Assembly (NCBI GenBank): GCA_964188305.1 | Contig: OZ076889.1 | Strand: one strand, 5' to 3' | From: Podarcis bocagei | Taxonomy: Eukaryota | DNA length: 64,000 nucleotides | In this document: piece after piece, positions 1 through 13,600 of the stretch | Numbering within the stretch: the first letter of the stretch is position 1 | How the letters are laid out: every line of letters starts with the position of its first letter | Program-made: the position numbers and the translations under genes | Notes under the pieces: model-generated | What the model saw: the letters and a program-made list of their open reading frames with translations, nothing else | Databases searched by the model: none | Told to the model about the DNA's origin: nothing

Positions 1-1208
1 AGAAGGAGTCATGCTGTATTCTCTCTTATCCAAATGTAATGGTGTTAGAAGGAAACCAGCTTCTCTACCAGCCTTGTTGGCCATTTTATTCAGTGGATCG
101 TGTCCAGTGGTGACTTTCAGCTGCTGAAAGGTTATTTTTAATTATTTCTGCTCCCCCAACCTTCTGGAGCAGATTTAGATAGTGTGTGGGGTACCTTAGG
201 GGGAATGGGAGATTAATAAAACTATTCTCTCCCTTCCATTGACAGATTCCCTTTTGTCTGCTGACAGTCTCCACTGGATACCACCCAAAGTGAAAATTTA
301 AATACCCTGAATAATACTATTTTAGGCTCCCTGACTTGCTTTTATTAGAGAAAAACTCCTGTTCATATCTTAAGACTGCAAGCCACAATAATAGGTTGAT
401 GGTGTTGTATGAAAGGTTAATAATGTCATAGGTCAGTGGGATAAGAAAGAGGATTTATTCTCAAAAAAGGACGGTTTTTTTTACAAAAGCTCACAGTAAG
501 TTACTTCCCAGAACCTTTTTAATTCCTTTGTAGTAGGAATTAGAGGAAATATGCGTTAATATTTCATTAAAGCATTTTGGACCCTTTGCTGTACTAACTT
601 AACTGCAAGGCAGCCTGAAACTCATGGTCTTACAACCACAGCAGGCAACAAACAACTGGCTGGACAGTCTCCTTTTTATTAAATGTTATCTTGGTGGGAA
701 GATGTTAACTTAGCTTTTTGTTGCTTGTCCTAGGTGTTGAGGAATGTTCTGCCGTCTCCTGTCACCCTCAAGAATTTACAAGAGACTTTGTTCTGTCAGC
801 CATTGGGTGAACAGGGAAAAAGTGCTAAACGTTTTTGTTTTTTTAATGTAGTTTTATGTAGCCCCACTGATCTCATGGGCTAAATCTGGGATGGGGAACC
901 TGTGGCCCTTCAGATGTTGCTGGACTACACCTTCCATCCCTGACAATAGGCCATGCCAAGAGGGTAAGAGGTTCCCCATCCCTGAGCTAAACTTTTATGG
1001 ACATGGACAATTTCATGAAGGTGTTTTCCTGTCTGGGTGCATTAAAAGGTGTAGACTTCATACCCTGTTGGTTTGTTCAGGGCTTTTAAAATCCTGACCT
1101 TTTGCTTAATTCATAGCTAAAAAGGCCCCAAATGATGGGAAATGATCTACAATATAACAAAGCATCATGCCAAAAAAGGTTCATTTAAATTAATGTAAGA
1201 GAACTTCT

Positions 1209-1449
1209 TGCCCACCTAGCAGTTCGAAAGCATGCAGTGCAAGTAGATAAATAGGTAGCGCTCTGGCGGGAAGGTAAATGGCGTTTCCGTGCACTGCTCT
1301 GGTTCACCCGAGCCGGCTTAGTCATCCTGGCCACATGACCCGCAAGCTGTCTGCGGGCAAACGCTGGCTCCCTCGGCCTATAGAGTGAGATGAGCGCGAA
1401 ACCCCAGAGTTGTCTGCGACTGGACCTAACAATCAGGGGCAACTTTACC
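1209..1449 (+). mobile_element. 5'-truncated Sauria SINE
   Basis: Matches the 3' two-thirds of the 8524-8870 copy in reverse orientation; tail ACTTTACC; 13-bp TSD TAAGAGAACTTCT at 1196-1208 and 1450-1462. Confidence 0.85.
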
Positions 1450-2929
1450 TAAGAGAACTTCTAAGAAGCTTACAAAAATATAACATACAACATTAAAATC
1501 CTCTATTAAAAACATGTATTTAAGCATTCAGAGATTATTAAAGCCAGCAGTAGCCAAAAGACAAAAATCTCATGTAGGTTCTGCATTTATGGATAGGGTT
1601 GTCTAAACAGAAATGCTTTAAGCAGGCACAGAGGAATACAACGAAGGAACCTGTCAGGCCTGGAGTTCCAAACTGTAGGTGCTGCCACTAAAAGATTGAT
1701 TACTACAAGTGTGGAACGAGTATTATGTGGCACCTGTAAGAGTGCCAGTTCTGCAGATTGAAGCAATTGAGCGGGTGTATATGGGGTAAGATCCTAAAAG
1801 TGAAAAATGGATGGTGCAAAACATTCAATATGCATAAAACAACAGGGATTTTGTTTAGCCATTTACCATATGCAAAAAAGATACATTTTAGTATAAACTA
1901 AGCAAAAACTAACTGCAACAAATACAATTTGGATTAAGGTTAATTTTCTGGGCGGGTGACTAATAAACGTGTTATTTACCTATTGATACCAGTGTTTTCA
2001 GTTTCTTGCAGATGTGTGCTATAATTTAACTTGAAGCAAAATAGAATAGTAGCAAATGCACAAGCTTTTACAGTCATGATGACTGCATGTATTTTATTAG
2101 GAAAACAGCATTATTTGGTTTTATGTAGGGTGGGGAAAGTTCCAGAGCTTTTCTTTCATTATTAACATCAAATGGATATCAGTTGCAAATACAATATTAG
2201 GCATGCTTGGCAGTTTCAGAATTTTTGCCTTTTTTTTTAATAAATACAAGTTAAATAAACATGATTAGATGAGTCTCTAGGGCAGGTGTTGAAGAACCTT
2301 TTTGGCTCCATGAGATAGATTTTTATCAGGAGCCACCAACCCATCAGCCACCTGATGTCACAATGATGCAAAGTGCTTTAAAGTCCCAAAGGTGCAGCTA
2401 AAATTAAAAAGTATTTTCCTACATTCTGGGAAGGCTAAACCCTATGAAGCGGATTGTGTTGAAATTCCCTGCTAAAACAAATCCCCCGCTCTGTTTTAGC
2501 AGGGAGTTCCATACAAAACCCTTCCAGAATTCGGAATCCCCCCCCCAATACTTTTTGGCTCACAAGGAGGGGGTTAAATCTTGCTGCTTTGGCTGTAGAC
2601 TCACTCCTTGCTGGGAACAGGAATGTGTTAAATCAACCCTATCCTCAAGCCCATTAGATGACATCACAACTATTGTCAGCTGATAGACAGGCAGTGTGGT
2701 TTTGGGAAAATGACCTCATGGAGCAACTTGAACCTCCTGACAGGACAAGATTGGCCCACAGGCTAGATTGTCCACCACCCATGCTCCTGGGCATCAAAAC
2801 AATTTCTGGTGCAAATGGAAAATTACCCTATGCATATTACCCTAGTTTTCCAGAAAACCTTTGTCACTGTGTGCACTACTGCTTACGTTAAATACATTAA
2901 TCATTTGTTGCAATTTAGAACACCTTATT

Positions 2930-3103
2930 CTCCAAGGAGCTCAAGATGGTGTACATAGCTCTCTCCCACCTCAATTATTCCCCACAACAACCCTGTGAGG
3001 TAGGTTGGGCTAAGAGGCCTATGGTCACCCAGTAAGCTTCATAGCCAAGTGGGCATTCAGGTTTCAGGTCCTAGTCTGATACTCTTAACAGTTACACCAC
3101 ACT
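2930..3103 (-). mobile_element. Degraded tRNA-derived CORE/MIR-like SINE
   Basis: CACAACAACCCTGTGAGGTAGGTTGG core; reverse head AGTGTGGTGTAACTGTTAAGAGT. Confidence 0.6.
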
Positions 3104-3216
3104 AACTCTCAAGCTTACAAGTCCAATGGAAAGTGTGTAATTTGATATACACACACAAACACACACTCCTGCAGAAATAATAAAAAAGCAAATCCTCCAA
3201 AGTGGTGATCATACTC

Positions 3217-3282
3217 ATAGAATCAAAGAATTGTAGAAGGGGCCCTGAGTCATCTAGTCCAACCGTCTGCAATGCAGGAATT
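3217..3282 (-). mobile_element. CR1-type 3' end fragment
   Basis: CATAGAATC...TCATCTAGTCCAACC...GCAATGCAGGAAT, reverse complement of the 60945-61018 tail. Confidence 0.65.
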
Positions 3283-6200
3283 TCAACAGGTGGTCCTCCA
3301 TCTAATTTGAAACAATATTGTACCCGGTTTAGCTTTGCAAATGTGCTAGCAGTTGTATTGCTGCACCAGCTTGGTTAGGAATTGTTGATTAGAAGGAACA
3401 TACCTTTTTACCAGTTTGACTGCTTCATTATAGTAGCCTGATTATGTATGTACATACATACATATGTACTGTGTTGCAGAGCATTTTGTATTGCTGGCAT
3501 GCTGTTGAGAAATGAAGACGATTTGAAGCCTGTATTAGGCATGACTGGTGCCCATTTATTACATTTTTCTTTAGGTTCAGTTTGGGGCAGCATGCTGCAC
3601 ATGAAGTGGTTTTATTTTATTACATTCTTCATAGTTAATCTTTAGGATGCACTATCACTGACCTCCCATGCACAACATGAAAGTGATTTTTTGTCTGTAG
3701 TTCCAAGCATTAATTTTTTTCTCATATAGTGTATAAGGTTTTCTGAAGTGCTTCTCATGATTCGAAAGAAGCTCTTCCACTTGATTGGTCTTTGCTGTTC
3801 CCAAGCTATTAAAATATTTGGAAATGAGCAATCTTCTCAGTAATACTTTCTTATTCAACTTGTACACACAACAGTGGTTTAGTTTTACATGTATGAATTG
3901 AAATGAGCCTGAGTAAAGCTTTGAGGTCTCTTGTTCCTCTGCTTCCATGCAGTTGGGAGAAAGATTTCCTCAGTGTTTTGGTTCACTTTCCATAATTTCT
4001 GACTTCTTATGTATGAACCAGAGATCATGATATAAAACAATCTCTAGTCAGGTTTCTGAGCGAGCTAATTTCAAACCATGGGTTATGAAGCTGGCTCATT
4101 TTAAATCACTCTTGCCTAGAACGGGAGTTTGTGAACCTGAAGCTTTTCTCATGCTTATCCCATGTAGCACTAAGCTATATTTTAGTGCTGCATAAAAACC
4201 AGCCCACTTTTAATGCTATTGCTAGTATGCCAGTCTCTCAAAGTTCCAACAGGTGATTTGCGGGTTGGTTTGCACATTTGCTGCAACCATAAGCCTATCT
4301 ATATACTCAACAAATTGTTTGTTGGATGAAAATCATGTTCTTGAGCTGCAACTTGTAACTGTGGCAATGTGCTGCTACAAGGAAGAAAGACAATTTAAGA
4401 AAGCCCTTATCTTTTCTTTACAGAACTTCATTCCTGTAGTGTAGGCAGTACTGGGGTGAAATCTTTTGTTATGAGAGTAAATTGCAGCTTTCCTGATGGC
4501 ATATGCAAGCATCCATTATGCATTCTTGATGTGACAGATTTATTAGAAATTTAAATTATTTGACTTATTTGGTAGAAAGGAGTTGAAAACCTAATTTTAA
4601 ACTTAGGTAAATTTCACATGCTATGTTTTATATTTTTATGGAGAAACAATTGGTCACACTTGTTATTTAATAATAATGATATGAACATTAATTGTAGGTC
4701 CAAGTTTGAACTTCAGTGTCTTCTCAGAGTTTCTTTTTATTCCTGCAGTAGGAAAATTCTTGTAGTTCCCATAAATGTTTTACTTGCCACATTCATGTTC
4801 GGTACATAACTGATACAAGAGTCTTACAGCTTAAAAGAAAAGGCAAACTAGAAAAAAACCACGTATTATAATTAACAGGCAGCCTTAAGTTACTGGGCTT
4901 GTAGGTTCCAGGTATATGAAAATGCACATGTTGCAATAATTCCTTACATAGGTATTAGGTCTCAAATCTATACATTTTCCTTGGGAAGGGGGATATTGGC
5001 AATATTTCATCTGGTTATTCCTGTATTGACAGTTTTTGTCATCTGGGAATCAAAGAAGAATTGCTTTCTATAAGGATGTTTCTTGAGGATATCTGACTGC
5101 AAAGAGGAATACCATCTATAATATCTCACTAATATCATGCTAGGTAAACTCCTTAGGTTTGAGTTGATTGTTTAGCCTATGGATTTCTTGAATTTTAATT
5201 GACAAATCACAGTAGAAACAAATGGTCCTCCTTGTGATTACAAACCAAGGCCCTGGTTTTTGCTCATTGAAGCTATCCGATTTATAACCTACTTGTCTTC
5301 CTGTGTACAGGGTAGAAACATAACTGATTCAAGTTGTACTATGAATTTGTTCAATCTCTTAGTTTAGAATAGAATCTGAGTGAGATCTTAACTCTTGAAT
5401 TAATTCCAGTTGTCCAGTTTAGTGACCTTACTCCTGCACAAGGTTGAATACTCTGGATGCAATAAACCTTGTGAAATGAAAAGTGCAGATTATAGTCAGG
5501 TGTTGTTAGCTTAAACAACTTTTAAGAAATTCAGTACTCTTGTTAGGATATTACAGCTTAAGTAAAAAATAAATGCACCACTCTAATAAACCAGGGTCAA
5601 CAAATAGAGTTTTGTGAACACTTATGCTCTAAATCCTTTAAAGGAGAGGCACAGGAGGGAGTACCTCTGGATTTTTTGCAGTAGAACTGCAACAGTTTCT
5701 GACTCCAACTGTTTACCAGCAAACCAAAAGGGCTCCCCATATTATGCTACTGAAAAAAGTAATTAAGGGGAATTAAGGATGAATTTTCATATGAAAGGAT
5801 TGTGAGCTCAGTTCTGCTACTAAAAATATCTCCCTGTTCTGAGACGTGTACTTAGAGGCAACCAGTTCCTTCGTTCTTGGTACATGTCTGCCTCTTTACA
5901 GTGGAAACATTATTTGTCCCTGGTTATAAGCATGGAGAAACCCTAATATAGACTAATTATGTCTTTTGGGGTAATGCAGTATGTATATGTTCTTACTTTT
6001 GAACCTGTCTTTGGGTCCCTATGTTACTTCTGTAGGTTTTCCCCCTCTTAAAAATACTTTGCATTTCTGTTATAACCAGCAAATGGTTTAGAATATATAA
6101 CTCTTAAGGGGCTAAATCATTGAATTGGATCCAGATAAATGAGGGGAAGAAGACAATGTATTTGTGCTGTTTGAATTTTCTTGCAAGTGATAGTAAAATA

Positions 6201-7021
6201 TTTCTCACAAGCCAGCAGCACAAGGTAGCATACTGCGTCTACAGTATGAGAGAAATAGTGAATAAGGAAGCTGTAGGATAAACTAGTGGGCCGTAATAAC
6301 GTCTTGAAAATAGCTTATGCAAACAGAAGCAATTCTTTGGATTTGGGGTTGCTTTTCTCATGCAATGCTCTTCCGCTAGGTCGGAAACAGCCCTTCTGTG
6401 AGTGGAAGAGGCTTTCCGCTAGCAGAAGGGCACCTGGGATCCAAGCTACTTGCTCCAATGGGACTTATTCCTTCTCCATTTGGAACATATCTAGCGTGAG
6501 CAGGCAGTAGAGTGGAAAGAGAATCTCATTAAATGAACAGTTCAGAATCAACTATGAACCTGACATTTCTGCAAAGGAACTTGGTAGGTATAGTTATCTG
6601 CAGTTTAAACATTTTTGTGTCTTCTGTTTGATAAAATATTCCTCCTCCTAGGAGGGAGGTAGATATTTTAAAGAGTGAGGTACCCGTATGTTTATCCTGG
6701 TTGAGGGTATGCTTGTGAATGTGTGCTGTCATCTTGAAGGCTTGTACATACCCAGTGCATTGCTTTTAACTATTGTATAAATGGTTTAGAGAGAATTAAA
6801 ATAAATTATGTAATTTGATTAAAGAATGATTGCATTATTTAAAAAATAATGTACATTATAAAGAAAATTTGCATTCATGCTGCAGTTGCCATAACTTACT
6901 TGATGGGGATTTTTAAAACTTGCCTACCTACCCAATTCATAGTCTAACTTTTAAGTGGATCTTATTATTTGCTGCTTTTGAAAAAAAAGACACCTAAACT
7001 TGTGTTGTTTGTCCCGTTCAG

Positions 7022-7216
7022 GAGAAAAAAGAGCAAGAGCAGAAGTCGTAGCCATGACAGGAAGAGGAGTAGAAGTAAGGAGCGCAAACGAAGTCGTGAT
7101 CGTGAGAGGAAGAAGAGCAAAAGTCGGGAGAGGAAGCGCAGTAGAAGTAAAGAACGGAGACGCAGCCGTTCAAGAAGTAGAGAACGGCGATTCAGAGGCC
7201 GTTACAGAAGCCCCTA
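7022..7216 (+). CDS. RBM39: RBM39 exon 4 (RS domain)
   Basis: ttcag|G AGA AAA AAG ... CCC TA|gtatgt; RKKSKSRSRSHDRKRS...RFRGRYRSP. Confidence 0.96.
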
Positions 7217-7627
7217 GTATGTTGCGCAAAATTGACATTTTAGTTCTAATATTTCATTGCTGAATAAGCAGGAAATGTAATAAAAGTATAAGTTTTATTT
7301 TTTTTAAAAAAAGGCAAACTAACCTTTTAATATAGCTGCATAAGCCTCAATTTTAAGATGTATACATTTCTGTACCTTAGCTTAGGTTTTTCAAAATACT
7401 TTTAAGCAGATAACTTAAGAGAAATCTGCTTCCAGTATCGTGGGATCTGAAATCAAAGTATGACTGTGGCAGTGACACAATTTTCTTTTGCAGTATCGGA
7501 GAGGGTAATCACTGTAATGGTGGAATAACAATATTTGGTTCATACATAATGCCTTATGTCCTTGCCATACAGGGGGAGGATAAGACAGACCATGCAAGCC
7601 TGAGACTTTGCTTGCACGCCTTCTTGT

Positions 7628-7698
<71 letters not shown>

Positions 7699-10600
7699 GC
7701 ACTAAATCATCTGAGAACTAGCCCAGACTTTCTCATAATGTCAAAATGATATCTCAGGTTAATTTTGGATATGCTTCACATATCTGCCTTACTGCATCCC
7801 ACTTGCTTTCAAATATACTTGTAAAGTGAACACCAGTTAGCATTTAGTTTCTTTCAAGATTGTTCCTGCCAATAATGAACTTGCTTAGTAATATATTGTC
7901 TTGTCTTTTTTTTAATCTAGTTCTGGTCCAAAATTTAACAGTGCCATCAGAGGAAAGATTGGCTTGCCTCACAACATTAAAATAAGGTTTCCTTCTCTTA
8001 TTTTATGGTGACTATTTAATTATCTATTTTGATGTATTTAATACCTTCATAATTGGTTGTATCCTTTTTTCCACAGTAGACGACGATCTAGGAGCAAAAG
8101 TCCATTTAGAAAAGACAAGAGTCCTGTGAGGTAGGCAGTTGAATACTACTATTTAAATTGACTGTGCAGTGTTGAATATTATATGAGGTGTCTCAGTTGC
8201 TTTCTGTGCAAATCTCATTCTCACCTTTCAGCTTCCAGAACATGCTCTCTGTGCATGTTTAGTGTGCTGCCTCTGCAAGCCAAGGTTATTGTTAGTATTT
8301 TAATTTGGCATGAGTAGCATAGAGTGCACCTATTTTGATTGATTGTGGCAGTTCTGAAGTGTTGTGGATGTTGGTAGCACTACAGAATTTGATGTTCTTT
8401 TATTACTGGTAGTACGACCTTTTGCTTTCTCTGGCCATTAATAGGAACGTCCTTTGAAAGGCATCTGTGATACACCTCTGTGTGAAGGTGACTTATGCAT
8501 TTGACATTAATGAGCTATAAGTAAAGGTAAAGGGACCCCTGACCATTAGGTCCAGTCGTGGCCGACTCTGGGGTTGCGGCGCTCATCTCGCTTTATTGGC
8601 TGAGGGAGCCGGCGTACAGCTTCTGGGTCATGTGCCAGCATGACTAAGCCGCTTCTGGCGAACCAGAGCAGCGCACGGAAACGCCATTTACCTTCCTGCC
8701 GGAGCAGTACCTATTTATCTACTTGCACTTTGACGTGCTTTCGAACTGCTAGGTTGGCAGGAGCAGGGACCGAGCAAAGGGAGCACACCCCGTCAGGGGA
8801 TTCGAACCGCTGACCTTCTGATCGGCAAGTCCTAGGCTCTGTGGTTTAACCCACAGCGCCACCCGCATCCTGAGCTATAAGTAGATTTTTGTAAAATTTT
8901 CACGGAGCAGCAAGAGATATTGTGCTCCTTTCAGCTGTTCTCCATTCCACACTGATGTGTCTCAGGTCTATGGGAACAATCTGCTGCAGGAAGGAACTGT
9001 CTGGTCTGAGTAGAGGCACTGGAATGTCTCCCTAAGTTAGGCTCTATGGAACCATTGGGTAAGATGACCCAAATGGCAGCTAAACTGCAGGAGCTTGGGG
9101 TGCAGTTATGGCCTACAGAGATTATTCTTAACTCTGTTTCATGGACCCAATGGGCAAATGTCATGTTAGCCTCAGCTGCCTGCTCCCCCATTTTTTGAAA
9201 AGCCATCCTTCACTGCTTAATTCAGTACTTACGGCAGGCAATTAGGGTCATTCCCCATCAGGCCAGGCTGAAAGAAAACTAGCATTGGGCTGTTTTCTTG
9301 CATTCAGTCTAGCTACTGTCTTTGAGCTCCTGTGAGCTTAAGCTTGTTAATCCATCTCTCCTGCCAGAATTTGCTAGCGGCACCCATGTATAGATCTCGG
9401 CCCCTATGTGTTCCTGTCTGGCCTATCCACATATAGGGGTCTTGCTTTGAAAATAGGGGGATTGATTGAATTAAAGAGTGATCACAGTCAGGCATAAATT
9501 TGCAGTCTTGTAACTGGAGTCATGGTCACTTTGCGAACAGAGTGCTGTTAGGTTTAGACCTTACTCCCATTCTTGCCATAGTCCGCAAAATGTGGACATT
9601 TTACAAGAGTAAGGTGTAAATAATGTTTGGAGGGAGATTTTGTAATATTGCCTTTCAGTTGCAAAGTATATGATCAATGCATTTTTGTGTGTAAAAGGTG
9701 CTATTCTGCTTAAGCTTGATAAATACAGTGATATGCCTTCATTTTTTCTATGCATCATTGCATTTCTCTTGCTGCCCAGTGCTATACTGATTACTGCCTT
9801 TGTATGGATAGAATATCGAAAGACATAAATTTGTAAAATGGCTGAATACGTTCTTTCATTTCAGACATACACAACTATTAAAGTACGTTGAGGTTAAAAG
9901 CATTTCCTTTCTAATGCTGGGATTAGGTAAGGTGTACGTACTTAGAAGTATGTCCATTAAATTAACAGATTTTTCCAGGCATACTTGTAGAATCGGGGTG
10001 CAAGACCTCTAAAACATCCTTTGTTAACCCCGAGCACCTTCTCCCAACCCTATTTTGTCTTTTTCATCTGCGTTACACATTCTTGTATATTGGGGTAGGA
10101 ATATACATTACACAGGAAAGAGCCCTTTTCTGAGGGCAATACCTTTTTTTGCACTATAAATAATGAATTCTGAGATATTGAGACATTGACACATTGACAC
10201 ATCATTAAAGGGGACTGTGGATATCTGGTGCAGTTGAAAAACAGGGGTACCTGTCTGCCTTACTTGAAGCATGTGCTATTTGAATGTTAAACCTCCATCT
10301 GTGTCTGAATGTAAATGGATTTAATGAATATCAGAACAAATTTGTTCAAATTATCTTCTTTTAAAATGGAAAATTACTGACCATGGTTTATCTATTATTT
10401 TCAGAGAACCAATTGATAATCTAACTCCAGAGGAGAGAGATGCTCGAACAGTATTCTGTATGCAGCTTGCTGCAAGAATTAGGCCAAGAGATTTGGAAGA
10501 GTTTTTCTCTACTGTAGGAAAGGTGAGGCATCAATAACTCAAATTTCTTCCGGTTTCCTCTTAATATTTTTAAAGCAGAATAACTGAGCAGATATTTTTC

Positions 10601-13600
10601 AAACTTTCTGAATATTAAATTCCATTTAAGATATAGTGGAGTATTTGGGATGATTTGCAAGATTGAGCTGCTGAATTTTTAGCCTAAATCTAAAGATTCC
10701 ACATGAGGACTTGCTAGCTAAAATAACATAGACCAGGCATGACCAACTCACAAGAGACTGCGATCTACTCCCAGTTTAAAATGCAGGCTGTGATCTACCC
10801 ATTGTCTTTGGAGGGACGAGGTGCATGTGTGGGGTGCGTGTGTGGAAGGAGGTAGCTAAGTGGATGCAGGAGGGGGGAGTTTAAGTGGGGGTGGGAAGGA
10901 AAGGGAGGCAAAAGTTCTCTCTCTGAGGAGCCAGTTGGCTTCTCTTCCCACCCCCAGCCAGCCCCTCTCCCTCCACTTAACCAGCTCCCCCCCCCCAGCC
11001 CTTTCTCTCCCCCCATCAAAGGTAGCCGCATAGCTGATGTGGATCCCGATTGTGCCTCCCCCCCCCCTTTTACCCACACTTCCGGGAAGACCGGGCCAGG
11101 CGACATTCCTTGTTCTTTCCGCCTGTCCTGGTCTTCCCTGCGGCAGCAGGGGGACCCAGTGCCAGGGCCACTACTGCAGCAGTGACGGCTAGGCTGGGTG
11201 ACATTCTTTGCACTTGCGGCCCGGCCCGGCCTTCCCGGCGGCGGTGGAGGGACCCAGCGCCAGGGCCACTGCTGCAGCAGTGAAGGCCAGGCAGCAAGCG
11301 CAAGGAATATCGCCCAACCCTGCCTTCCCAGCGGGCTGGGTGGCAAGTGAGCAGGCAAGGAATGTCCTTCCCCCCGGCACTGGGTCCTGTTGCTGGCGGG
11401 AAGGTTGGGCTGGGCAACATTCCTTGTGCTTGCCGCCCAGCCTTCCCTGCAGCTATGGCAGGAGGCAGGGGAAGGGGTGGTGACATTCCTTGCCCACTTT
11501 ATTTAATCCCACGATCAACAGGGATCACTCCTGTGATCTATTGGTTGATTGCGGTTGACTGGTTGGACATGTCTGACATAGACAAAACCAAGTTACAGTA
11601 GGATTGTCCTGTTCCATTATTTTGGCAATTCTTTGGAAATAGGAGAAAGTAAGTAACTTGTGCATGTTGGCAAAACAATGTGATTGGATCCTAAGGTGCC
11701 ATTCTGTGGAGCCTCCATCTAACGTTAGGGGGAAAGGCAGTTTTGTTGATTTCCCTCTCTTCCCCTCTGGAGTAGACTTTCAGGGGTGTGGGGAGAGGGG
11801 ATTTGGCAAAAACAGAATCTCAGGATCCATCCATGATTTGCTTGCTTTTCTGATGGTGTAAGATGCTGACACTTTTGACTCTGAAATTTTCACAGTTGTT
11901 ACTACACCAGATTGTCTAGAACAGGCACGTCCAACCTCAAGTAGGTTGCAATCTACCAACAAGTATCAAAAATTGGCAGTGATCTACTACCCTCCAAAGT
12001 CATTTAAGATAGAGAGAGTGATAAAGGGATCTTTCTTTCACAGATACAGTAGTTATGTTTGGATATCATCATGACAGATCCAAATAGTTACTAGATGAAC
12101 AAGTAACTAAGCAAATGAGAAAAGATCTGAGAAGCCAGCTTCTCTCTCTCTGTTAACTCTTCCGAGTTGCTTCTTCCTTGCTCTGCGATTCTCCTTCCCT
12201 GCCCGCCCCCCCCCCCACAGCATCCTCACTCTTTCCCTCCACCTCAGTCTTTCTCCTTCAGCTTTTCGTTCTGAGTCCAATCATGTTATCTCCCTAAGTT
12301 AGTACCCTGTGGGAACACCCCCCCATACACACCAGCCCTCCCTCAGGGCACCACGTCCTCCTCACCCCCCCCCTTGCGCTCTAACACACACACACTGAGC
12401 ACAGTGCAGAGCGGGTGTCAGGCAAGGAAGGTGAGCTAGCTTCCTCGGTTGGAGGAGGAGGCGCTTGGGCTTGCATGAGACTGGTGGCAGCAGCGGCTCC
12501 TGCTGCGTCACAGGCTGCAGAGAAAAGCTTTTCTTTCTCAGCCTGTGATCAACGAAAATCAGTCAGCGATCCACAAGTCGATCACGATTGATGTGTTGGA
12601 CATGCCTTGCCTAGAACTATGTCCCCATTTTGTGTCTTGCTTTCAAAATAAGATGGTAACATTGTAGCAAAATTTAGATAATACTTGGCTAATTATTTGA
12701 AGGAACAATTGAAAGTCTTTGAGGGAGAGTAGGGTAGCTGTGTTGGGGCACTGAAGCACCATTCCTTGAATACTGAAAAATGGCACTGCTTGTATGTTTT
12801 CACAAGTTTATCTGCAGGCATGAGAGAGGTTTGAAAAATGATTAAATTTTGTTTCAAACATAATTTTTAATTTGAAGGCACTCGGTAGGAAAAATGTGAA
12901 TAGTCCTGTGTGAGTAGTCATGGCTCGTCTTTGTATATTTATTTTACTTAATGAACTAGCTTAATAATATGTGGTTTTAAGTTGGCTTGTTATGAAATGG
13001 ATCCCTTGTTCAAACATAATGCTAAGATGCTTTCAACATGTAATTAAACTCTGTAAGTCCTGCTCTGGGTGAAGGGGAGAGGAATGTGCGACACTGATGC
13101 TTTGCTCATGTTCCTTGAGGCTTGTCCACATAGTGCTAAACAGTGGCTTAATATTACCTGTGAGCCAGACCTTGTCTGCACACTGCAAAATTACATTTGC
13201 TTACTTGGATATACTTAAGTCAGGAATCTGAGGAAACTGAAGACTATGCAGATTAAACTTTTCAAATAGGTAAAACAAGTTTTAACTGTTCCCATCTTTC
13301 TAGGTCCGTGATGTACGCATGATTTCAGACAGAAACTCCAGACGTTCCAAGGGAATTGCTTATGTGGAATTTGTTGATGTTAGTTCAGTACCTTTGGCAA
13401 TTGGATTAACAGGACAACGAGTTTTGGGGGTACCAATTATTGTACAAGCATCTCAAGTAAGTTGATACTAATTTCTGTTCTAGCTCCGTTATGATCAGTA
13501 AATCTTACTTCATGTACACTTTATTCTTGCATTGCAGGGGGTTGGAGTAGATGACCCTCCGGGTCTCTTGCAACTCTACAATTCTATGAGTCACTTGTGA

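Noticed and set aside
1-7021. RBM39 exons 2-3 and the known poison exon 2b
   Set aside because: No sequence encoding MADDIDIEAMLEAPYKK or DENKLSSANGHEERSK found; they must lie upstream.
10795-11601. Overlapping ORFs up to 187 aa
   Set aside because: GC-rich interior of a non-autonomous hAT element; no transposase motifs.
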